A stretch of 11,671 bases of DNA from Candidatus Margulisiibacteriota bacterium (GCA_034723395.1 JAYEOW010000036.1:1-11671), one strand, 5' to 3'. Positions 1 through 6,648 are shown, counted from the stretch's first letter. Made by a program: numbers and translations. Notes: generated by a model not told the origin, from the sequence alone.

Positions 1-393
1 GACAAATGCGGGGAATGGAGGATGTTTTGATGCAAATAGTTCTGCCCTCCCTAAGATAATGCAGTTTACGACGATCAACGGGACAAACGGCCCTAAAGCC
101 TTTGAAATTTCCGGGAAATTACCTTTTAAAAAAAGGTCCGCCACGGTGACAAAAGTAGCAATGATAACGACATAGGAAGCGATCCGCACCTGGCTCGGGA
201 CCAACTTACGAATAAGTGAAACGATCACGCTGGAAGAGATCAAAACAAATGAAGTCGCCATCCCCATTGAGAATCCATTGATGACCGATGTAGTGACCGC
301 CAACGTTGGGCACATTCCCAGAAGCTGACGGAAGACCGGAGACTCATCCCATAACCCCTTTACAAAATTATATGACGTTCCGTGCTTATTCAT
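1..393 (-). CDS. rnfE: Rnf electron transport complex subunit E (5' part; runs off the window edge)
   Basis: Not in the ORF track; translated by hand from ATG at 393, which overlaps the rnfG stop (ATGA): MNKHGTSYNFVKGLWDESPVFRQLLGMCPTLAVTTS...PLIVVNCIILGRAELFASK. LGMCP-LAVT and LIVVNCIILGRAE are the RnfE/RsxE signatures, and the gene follows rnfG. Confidence 0.95.
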   Translation of the reverse strand, partial: MNKHGTSYNFVKGLWDESPVFRQLLGMCPTLAVTTSVINGFSMGMATSFVLISSSVIVSLIRKLVPSQVRIASYVVIIATFVTVADLFLKGNFPEISKALGPFVPLIVVNCIILGRAELFASKHPPFPAFV

Positions 394-938
394 CTTACCT
401 CCAGCCATTGTTTAACCGTTTTATTGATAATATTCACTACCGCTTTGGACGAAATAGTGGCCCCGGTAATTGCCTGTATCTCGTTCTTCTTTTCCGGCGG
501 CTTCCCCTTTACATATTCAATTGGCGGTTTGGCAGCTAAAGCCTTGAATTGGGCCTCAAACTTCATCTCGGCGATCTTCGCGCCGAGCCCCGGGGTTTCC
601 AGCTGCTCCAGGATGGCCATTCCGGTAAACTCGGAGAAATCGGCGTTTACCCCAACCATTAATTTGATCACTCCCTGGTAACCGTTCCCTTTACAAAGGA
701 TCGCGGTCCCGATCATCTTTTTGTCTTTATCATAACATTTAAAATAGGTAAGCTCGCCTTTTGTAACCTGTTTATAGCTCTTTGTCCCCGGCATCACTTT
801 AAAAACTGCCGCGTTTGTATCCTCAACCTGGTTCGCCTTGATCTTTGGGAGCGCCCAGTTATAAACACCGGCTAATACTCCTCCCGAAATAATCCCGATC
901 ACCGTTAAAACAATGATCATCCGCGTTATCTTATTCAT
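390..938 (-). CDS. rnfG: Rnf complex subunit G (FMN-binding)
   Basis: N-terminal TM anchor, GYQG, ETPGLG, and C-terminal ITGATISS covalent-FMN motif; lies between rnfD and rnfE with ATGA overlaps. Confidence 0.95.
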   Translation of the reverse strand: MNKITRMIIVLTVIGIISGGVLAGVYNWALPKIKANQVEDTNAAVFKVMPGTKSYKQVTKGELTYFKCYDKDKKMIGTAILCKGNGYQGVIKLMVGVNADFSEFTGMAILEQLETPGLGAKIAEMKFEAQFKALAAKPPIEYVKGKPPEKKNEIQAITGATISSKAVVNIINKTVKQWLEVR

Positions 939-1879
939 TTCTTTGCTCCTAATATCCTCGGCCTGGTATATTTATTTATTAACGGAACAAAGGCATTCAT
1001 GAACAGTATCGAATACATTACCCCACCTGGCAGTCCAGAAAACAATCGAATAATCACGACCAGGATCCCCGCCCCTACCCCAAAGATAAGCATCCCTTTG
1101 TTTGTTAAAGGAGAGGTAACCAGATCGGTCGCCATAAAAAAAGCGCCCAGCATCAATCCTCCCGCCAGCAGGTGAAAAACCGGGTCAGGATATATCGCCG
1201 GTTTTATTACCCAGAATAATCCCCCAAGAATGGCGGTCGTTCCAAGATAACTTGCCGGAATCCTCCAGTTGATAACCCCCCGCAGGGCCAAAAGTATTCC
1301 CGGGATAAGCAGTAATAAGGCCGATGTCTCCCCTATCGATCCGGAAACACCGCCAAAAAACAACTTACTGTAAGGGGTTGATTGATGTTGGAATTTCATC
1401 AATGCCAGCGGCGTAGCGGATGATACCGCCTCTACCCCGCGATAAACAAAGGGTGCGACCCAGTTGGTCATCTGCACCGGGAAAGTAGCGGCTAGAAATG
1501 CCCTTCCGATCAGTGCCGGATTAAAGATATTAAAACCTAATCCCCCAAAAATTTGCTTGCCGATGGCGACCGCAAAAACAGCCCCGAAGAACGCGGCAAA
1601 AGGCGGCATAGAGGGGGTCAGACAAAGGGCCAGGAGCAGTCCGGTCAGCGCCGCGCTGCCATCTGTAATCGTTTGCTCTTTTTTCATTATTTTGTTACAG
1701 ACAAACTCGGTCCCGACCGCGGCGGCAACACAAAGGATGATCAGAGCTAACGCTTGCAACCCAAAAAATACGATCCCCGCAATAGTCGCAGGCAAAAGTG
1801 CTGCGATCACAATATACATTACCATCGGAACGGTATACTTTTCTTTTATATGCGGCGCTGGTGAAATAATAAAGTTCAT
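935..1879 (-). CDS. rnfD: Rnf complex subunit D
   Basis: SPAPH start, KQIFGGLGFNIFNPAL, SSATPL (FMN-attachment Thr), GSIGETS, FFMATDLVTSP; polytopic membrane protein. Confidence 0.96.
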   Translation of the reverse strand: MNFIISPAPHIKEKYTVPMVMYIVIAALLPATIAGIVFFGLQALALIILCVAAAVGTEFVCNKIMKKEQTITDGSAALTGLLLALCLTPSMPPFAAFFGAVFAVAIGKQIFGGLGFNIFNPALIGRAFLAATFPVQMTNWVAPFVYRGVEAVSSATPLALMKFQHQSTPYSKLFFGGVSGSIGETSALLLLIPGILLALRGVINWRIPASYLGTTAILGGLFWVIKPAIYPDPVFHLLAGGLMLGAFFMATDLVTSPLTNKGMLIFGVGAGILVVIIRLFSGLPGGVMYSILFMNAFVPLINKYTRPRILGAKK

Positions 1880-3204
1880 TTCATCTGCCTCAACTTTAAT
1901 TTAGCTAATTTTATCCAATGAACCAGAGGGATAGCGGCCGGACAAACAAACGTACAACAGCCGCATTCAATACAATCGAGTCCACCCCACTCTTCAAATT
2001 CGCTGTATTTGCCATTTTCCGCGTAAGCAGCAAGCCTGGTAGGGACCAAAAACATCGGGCAATGGTCAACGCACTTTGAACACTTAATACAAGGATAAAG
2101 TTTTTTATCAGCAACTTCATGACGGCTTAAAACCAGGATGCAGCTGGTCGCCTTAACGATCGGGATATCAAGCGTATGCTGCGATACTCCCATCATCGGA
2201 CCACCCATAATCACCTTCGCCGCCACTTCATTTAATCCGCCGCATTGATCGATTATCTCCTGAAATGTGGTCCCGATCCTAACCATCAGGTTCTGCGGCT
2301 CTTTGATACCGGAACCGGTAACCGTTACAACCCTTTTGATCAGTGGAATACTATTTCTGACCGCCTCGGTAACCGCAACCGCAGTCCCGACATTGCAAAC
2401 TACAACTCCGACATCCAGCGGCAGCCCGCGGGTTGGGACCTCCCGGCCCAATACTGCCTTAATCATCATTTTCTCTCCGCCTTGCGGATACTTTGTCTCT
2501 AAAACGGTAATTGTTATATTGCCAACCGGTTTGTTCCTGAGCTCGGTCTTTAATCTTTCGATCGCGTTTAATTTATTATTTTCAATTCCGATAACAATAT
2601 TTTTCGCCCCGGTGGCCTTGGCAATTAACTTTGCCCCTTGGATAAGGTCCTCTGCCCGCTCAAGCATAATACGGTGGTCAGCAGTAATAAAAGGTTCGCA
2701 CTCGCAACCGTTAATTAAAATAGTATCGATTTCCTTATCTTTAGGCGGGGTCAATTTTACGTGGGTGGGAAAAGCCGCTCCACCTAACCCCACGATCCCC
2801 GCTTCACGAACTATCTTTCTGATCTCTTCCGGAGAAACATCCACATCTCGCGCTTGCCCCGAGCGAAGTCGAGGGGTATCAGATATCACATCTCTCTTCT
2901 CCCCATCCCCCTCAATCACCACCGAAAGAATATTCACTCCACAAGGATGGGGAAGTTTTTCAATTTTTGTAACTTTTCCCGAAATGGGAGTATGCACAGG
3001 TGCGGAAATAAACTTGGAGGTATCGCCTATCTTTTGTCCTTCGACAACTTCGTCCCCCACTTTTACCAGAGGTTCACAGGTTGCTCCGGTATGTTGATGC
3101 AACGGGATAATGACCTTTTTAGGAAGAACAGCCTCAACGATGTTCCTGTCTTCGGTCCTCGATTTATTATATTTTGGATGAATTCCTTGTTTAAATGTCT
3201 TCAT
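1876..3204 (-). CDS. rnfC: Rnf complex subunit C
   Basis: PLHQHTGA, AGIVGLGGAAFPTHVK, NGCECEPFITAD, KYPQGGEK, GGPMMG, and two CxxCxxCxxxCP 4Fe-4S motifs (CIKCSKCVDHCP, CIECGCCTFVCP). Confidence 0.97.
   Translation of the reverse strand: MKTFKQGIHPKYNKSRTEDRNIVEAVLPKKVIIPLHQHTGATCEPLVKVGDEVVEGQKIGDTSKFISAPVHTPISGKVTKIEKLPHPCGVNILSVVIEGDGEKRDVISDTPRLRSGQARDVDVSPEEIRKIVREAGIVGLGGAAFPTHVKLTPPKDKEIDTILINGCECEPFITADHRIMLERAEDLIQGAKLIAKATGAKNIVIGIENNKLNAIERLKTELRNKPVGNITITVLETKYPQGGEKMMIKAVLGREVPTRGLPLDVGVVVCNVGTAVAVTEAVRNSIPLIKRVVTVTGSGIKEPQNLMVRIGTTFQEIIDQCGGLNEVAAKVIMGGPMMGVSQHTLDIPIVKATSCILVLSRHEVADKKLYPCIKCSKCVDHCPMFLVPTRLAAYAENGKYSEFEEWGGLDCIECGCCTFVCPAAIPLVHWIKLAKLKLRQMK
2851..2877 (-). repeat. 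REP-like short palindrome inserted in frame in rnfC
   Basis: Minus strand ACCCCTCGACTTCGCTCGGGGCAAGCG forms a short GC hairpin and reads TPRLRSGQA in a variable linker of RnfC. Confidence 0.65.
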
Positions 3205-3211
3205 AACACGA

Positions 3212-3245
3212 CAAAAACCTCGTTATTATAGCATGAAAAACGAGG
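3212..3245 (-). terminator. Putative intrinsic terminator after rseC
   Basis: Minus strand CCTCGTT-N14-AACGAGG inverted repeat followed directly by TTTTTG, starting 5 nt after the rseC stop. Confidence 0.45.
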
Positions 3246-3253
3246 GCGTTCTA
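3225..3253 (-). promoter_or_regulatory. Putative sigma70 promoter for the rnf operon (extended -10)
   Basis: Minus strand TAGAAC-17 nt-TATAAT with TGc just upstream of the -10; the -10 ends 20 nt before the rnfC ATG. Confidence 0.6.
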
Positions 3254-3646
3254 GATGATCTTTAGTATCCGGGCCCTTAAAGCCTCTTTTTGCTGAATAT
3301 TTTTATCATACCAGCGGATCACAAAAAAACTCAGGAACAAGAACAGGATCGCATTGATAACTCCGGCAAATTCATTCACTAAAGCACCAAGCAGGTAACC
3401 AAAGATCATCAAAAGTATTGGAACAAGAAAGACCACCAAAGAACCTTTTACCACTTCACCAGAAGGGATCTCGATCTCAACAATATCGTCCTTTTTCGCG
3501 CTAATCTCATTGACCGACTCGATCCCTACCATCCCCTCTTCCAAATTATGGCACATCCGGCATTTTTCGCATGCTTCTGAACGTTTAAAAGCAACTTCAA
3601 CTAGTTTGGGGGAAATAACTCTGCTGACGACACCCCGCTCTCTCAT
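3251..3646 (-). CDS. rseC: RseC/MucC-family (SoxR-reducing system) membrane protein
   Basis: MRERGVV start, ACEKCRMC (CxxCxxC), A-KDD-VEIEI, VFLVPIL, two C-terminal TM helices; directly upstream of rnfC, a usual position for this family. Confidence 0.88.
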   Translation of the reverse strand: MRERGVVSRVISPKLVEVAFKRSEACEKCRMCHNLEEGMVGIESVNEISAKKDDIVEIEIPSGEVVKGSLVVFLVPILLMIFGYLLGALVNEFAGVINAILFLFLSFFVIRWYDKNIQQKEALRARILKII

Positions 3647-4014
3647 GAATTGGGGATATGTTTGCGGACCGCATTTAAAAGATCAGACGGTTCGAAAGGC
3701 TTTAAAATAACCTCTTCTGCGCCTACTTTTTTTGTCTTTTGCTTTATATCCGGAACAGAAAAAGCAGTAACACAAATTACCAGGATCTTTGCGGTTTTTG
3801 GATTTGCCTTGATCCTTCGGCAGACCTCGAAGCCGTCTACCCGTGGAAGCATTATATCGAGCACCATACCATCATATTCTTTGTTACTTGCCCTTTCGAG
3901 CGCTTCTTCCCCGGTCCCTACCACATCCACATTATATCCTTCCATTTCGAGCATATCTTTCATTAGCTCGGCGCTTTCGGGCATATCTTCAACTAATAAT
4001 AAAGTCTTTGCCAA
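3643..4014 (-). CDS. Single-domain response regulator (receiver domain only)
   Basis: LLVED acidic pocket, VLDIMLP phospho-acceptor Asp, VTA, KPF; TTG start preceded by GGAGG; stop overlaps the rseC ATG. Confidence 0.92.
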   Translation of the reverse strand: MAKTLLLVEDMPESAELMKDMLEMEGYNVDVVGTGEEALERASNKEYDGMVLDIMLPRVDGFEVCRRIKANPKTAKILVICVTAFSVPDIKQKTKKVGAEEVILKPFEPSDLLNAVRKHIPNS

Positions 4015-4019
4015 ATCAA

Positions 4020-4373
4020 TTAACCTCCGCGATACTGCTCGATATCACTAATATCGATACTGTTTTTATTGGCCTGGGCTATCGCCCAATCGCAGGTCTT
4101 AAGTATCTCACGAGGAATCCCGTAACTCAAGTCAAAAATTTTCTTAGCCGCCGTCTCGGTAAACGGACCTAATCCGGCCCCGCCTGTTTTAGTAATCCGT
4201 TTTAAAATCAAATCCCGCGCCTCATCCAACAGCAGTACGATTATTCCTTTATATTTCGTACACATCTCCTGAAAATCGTAAAGAGAATATTTGCGCGTGC
4301 TCCCGGGTTTTCCTGTAATTGTAGCAACCACCAGATCGATCAGCTCTTCATATTTCTTAGGCGGGCGGATCAT
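4020..4373 (-). pseudogene. Remnant of an ExeA/GspA-like AAA+ ATPase (no Walker A; apparent internal deletion)
   Basis: IIVLLLDEA (Walker B-like) runs straight into RDLILKRI...GPFTETAAKKIFDLSYGIPREILKTCD (AAA+ lid, GxPR). No GxxxxGKT/S. The first ~29 aa of the listed 146-aa ORF are just another frame of the neighbouring gene. Confidence 0.7.
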
Positions 4374-5076
4374 CGGCCCCATCTCCAGTGTAGGTCCCAA
4401 CCTTAAATTTGTCGCTCTCCTGCTTAAATGCAAAATAAAAATATGTATCAGCGTAATCATTTACCCCAGCATTAGCTGTTCCGATCTTAAAACCGTCTGT
4501 ATCAAAACTTTTAATCTGTCCAGTCGCATCATCCGCCGTACTGCTAAAGTAAGAAACGGTATCAACCGCCATGGCCGATGTATGCCATACCGCGCGGCTA
4601 GTCCCTTCCCTCTTTATTACTACACAATCAGGCTGAAAACCGAGACCGGTCACATATCTTTCAGCGGCCTGACCATTTCCCGTGTATGTTCCAATTTTAA
4701 AGTCAGCCGAGCCGGAATTCCCAAAAGCGGTCCAGCAATAAACTGTTCCCGCATTGTTAACATTTCCATTACTTCCAACCGAAAAACCACCCGAGGCAAC
4801 CTCTACCCCATTATCAAAATTATCGGAGTTTTGGGTAAAATAAGCCGTCGATTCAGGATCATGCATCTGGGCTGTTGTGCCTACCCCATAATTCGCCACT
4901 TCACTTTTAATAATAACTAAATCTGGTTGAAATCCTAGCCCAGTGATCGATTGTGAAGTCCCGTTACCAACATAGTAACCGGAGTTCATTGAAAAAGCGT
5001 GGGCAGAAGGGACAAGGAGGCCTAAAAGAATTGAAACAAAAATTAAAACTTTTAAGTTTTTTAGCGTTTTCTTTAT
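4357..5076 (-). pseudogene. Truncated secreted protein with ~98-aa tandem beta-rich repeats (GxYxGNG...GLGFQPDxVxIK)
   Basis: ORF 4357-4989 holds two full repeats and the start of a third (FKVGTYTGDGADD), then stops. The frame stays open upstream to 5088 and reads IKKTLKNLKVLIFVSILLGLLVPSAHA|FS, a Sec signal peptide with no ATG/GTG/TTG. Confidence 0.7.
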
Positions 5077-5102
5077 TTTACTATAATACTAGTGAGTGTC
5101 AA
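5075..5102 (-). promoter_or_regulatory. Putative sigma70 promoter for the repeat-protein gene
   Basis: Minus strand TTGACA (5102-5097)-16 nt-TAAAAT (5080-5075). Confidence 0.5.
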
Positions 5103-5382
5103 CCGCCACTTCACTCGCATAGATCCACGCGTTGCCAACCGAGAGGATCGTGGCAAGGGTTAATACCGCGTTCCAGTGCGGCCCTGCCCCCGGGTACATT
5201 ATCCTTGAAAGCTGAGAGTCGGCAAAGTACATCCACAAGGTTGCAAAAGGGGCGGTCTGCCAGAAGATAATATCGAATTGCTGCCAGAAATTTAATGATG
5301 AATGCACGCTAGCTTCGGTCGTCTCTGCAAAAACTGGAGAGATCAACAAAACTACACATAAAAATAAAGCTAACCACTTCAT
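5089..5382 (-). CDS. Small hypothetical exported/membrane protein
   Basis: Signal peptide MKWLALFLCVVLLISPVFA|E, then two Trp-rich hydrophobic segments; a good -10 sits just upstream. No family recognised. Confidence 0.75.
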   Translation of the reverse strand: MKWLALFLCVVLLISPVFAETTEASVHSSLNFWQQFDIIFWQTAPFATLWMYFADSQLSRIMYPGAGPHWNAVLTLATILSVGNAWIYASEVAVDTH

Positions 5383-5392
5383 ATACCAGTTA

Positions 5393-5444
5393 ATTATAAC
5401 AAGCTACGGCATAGATTGAAATCCCCTCTTTTCTGCGCTATAAT
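5393..5444. promoter_or_regulatory. Bidirectional promoter pair sharing one -35 hexamer
   Basis: Plus: TTGAAA (5416-5421)-17-TATAAT (5439-5444). Minus: TTTCAA (5421-5416)-17-TATAAT (5398-5393) with TGt extension. Confidence 0.6.
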
Positions 5445-5455
5445 TATATTTTGTT

Positions 5456-5797
5456 ATGTTAATTTCTATCTTTAAATCGAAGATCCATATGGCAACTATC
5501 ACCGATACCCAGCCGGATTACCAGGGGAGCATCGGGATCGATACCAAACTGATGAAAGCGGCCGGATTAGTCGCCGGTGAAAAAGTCCATGTACTAAATT
5601 CGGCTAATACTAATCGCTTCGAGACCTATGTGATCGAAGGAAAAAAAGGAGAGATATCTCTCCGCGGACCTGCGGCTAAGCTTGGTAAAAAAGGTGATAA
5701 GGTCATTATTATCGCTTATGGGCTGATCGAACAAGCCGAAGCCAGCAATATCAAACCCAAAATTGTGTTCGTTAACGAAAGGAACGAGATAAAATGA
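5456..5797 (+). CDS. panD: Aspartate 1-decarboxylase proenzyme
   Basis: KSKIH (K9, H11), G24-S25 autocleavage site, R54, T57-Y58 all at canonical positions; GDKVIIIAY. Confidence 0.93.
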   Translation: MLISIFKSKIHMATITDTQPDYQGSIGIDTKLMKAAGLVAGEKVHVLNSANTNRFETYVIEGKKGEISLRGPAAKLGKKGDKVIIIAYGLIEQAEASNIKPKIVFVNERNEIK

Positions 5798-6588
5798 AAA
5801 AAAATATGCAGCCCTCACCCAAGCATTCTCTGACAAATGGCATTTCACCCACTCCCTCTCCCTGTGGGAGAGGGACGTTTCAGAAAGTTGTGCGGCGGGG
5901 AAAAAGCTGGGTGAGGGTTTTTGTCTTTATTTGGATTTTGTCATTTGGATTTTCAAGTGCTACTTACGCTATGGGAGAAAAACCGTCCGCATCTCCGGAT
6001 ACTAAACCAAAGTATAAGTTAGAAGTTCTAAAAATGGAGGTTATCCCGGCTACCTTGGCGACCTCAAAGGCAAAAGAACTCTCTGATAAAAAAATATTAA
6101 TGGTGATCGCCCCGAAAAATTTCCACTACGGCGAATTTGCAAAGCCCAAAGCAAAGTTTGAAGCGCAGGGGATAAAAGTCACCGTCGCTTCGTCAACCGA
6201 TAAAACCGCGGTCGGGATGTATGGTAAAAAGGTAAAACCCGATATAAACATTAAAAATGCCAAAGCGGCCGACTATGACGCGGTCGTTTTTGTAGGAGGG
6301 ACCGGATCGACCGTATATAAAAACGATCTAAACGCGCTCTCCCTGGTCATCGAAGCAAAGAAAAATAAAAAAGTGATCGGCGCAATCTGCCTTGCTCCAG
6401 TGATCTTAGCCAAAGCAGATATTGTTGACGGGAAAAGAACGACCGTCTCCTCCTTAGGGAAACATCTGATGAAAAAAGCGGGAGCAATTTGCACCGGGAA
6501 TAAAGTTGAAGTAGACGGGTTAATTGTTACCGGGAGCGGGCCGGACGCGGCCGAGGAGTTCGCCGAAACAATAGTAAAAAAGCTATAA
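5794..6588 (+). CDS. DJ-1/PfpI-family protein with signal peptide (true start may be GTG 5890)
   Basis: KKILMVIAP...E, YDAVVFVGGTG, GAICLAP nucleophile elbow, VEVDGLIVTGSGP; hydrophobic stretch ending ATYA ahead of the domain. Confidence 0.88.
   Translation: MKKNMQPSPKHSLTNGISPTPSPCGRGTFQKVVRRGKSWVRVFVFIWILSFGFSSATYAMGEKPSASPDTKPKYKLEVLKMEVIPATLATSKAKELSDKKILMVIAPKNFHYGEFAKPKAKFEAQGIKVTVASSTDKTAVGMYGKKVKPDINIKNAKAADYDAVVFVGGTGSTVYKNDLNALSLVIEAKKNKKVIGAICLAPVILAKADIVDGKRTTVSSLGKHLMKKAGAICTGNKVEVDGLIVTGSGPDAAEEFAETIVKKL
5812..5917. repeat. Nested palindromic (REP/MITE-like) element
   Basis: Outer IR CCCTCACCC (5812-5820)/GGGTGAGGG (5909-5917); inner perfect hairpin TCCCTCTCCC-TGT-GGGAGAGGGA (5853-5875). 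Confidence 0.8.
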
Positions 6589-6597
6589 TTTCTCCAC

Positions 6598-6640
6598 TTG
6601 CGATAACAAAATTCTGATGTTAGAATCTCTGAAAGAGGTG
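6598..6640 (+). promoter_or_regulatory. Putative hisG promoter and RBS
   Basis: TTGCGA (6598-6603)-17-TAGAAT (6621-6626) with TGt extension; GAGGTG at 6635-6640, 8 nt before the ATG. Confidence 0.6.
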
Positions 6641-6648
6641 GTATTGTA

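Noticed and set aside
1464..3231. Long plus-strand ORFs (1464-1904, 2267-3097, 2854-3231 and others)
   Set aside because: Antisense shadows of rnfD/rnfC with no recognisable motifs.
4030..4062. CGATACTG direct repeat and TCGATAT/ATATCGA inverted repeat
   Set aside because: Short, inside coding sequence, and explained by the peptide SIDISDIEQY.
4374..4460. Listed N-terminus (MITLIHIFIL…) of the 146-aa ORF
   Set aside because: It is an alternative frame of the repeat-protein gene; ATPase-like sequence only begins near 4370.
4357..4460. Programmed frameshift joining the repeat protein to the ATPase
   Set aside because: No slippery heptamer at the switch, and a secreted repeat fused to half a cytoplasmic ATPase makes little sense; deletion or chimera is simpler.
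4291..4920. 209-aa plus-strand ORF crossing the proposed junction
   Set aside because: Antisense to the clearly repetitive minus-strand protein; no motif or RBS seen.
5089..5091. Amber read-through or recoding fusing the 97-aa gene to the in-frame repeat protein
   Set aside because: TAG is a normal stop for rseC, hisG and the acyltransferase in this window, and the downstream part has its own signal peptide and promoter.
6589..6648. His attenuator or leader peptide before hisG
   Set aside because: Only 60 bp, no His-codon run, no terminator/antiterminator; promoter and RBS fill the space.
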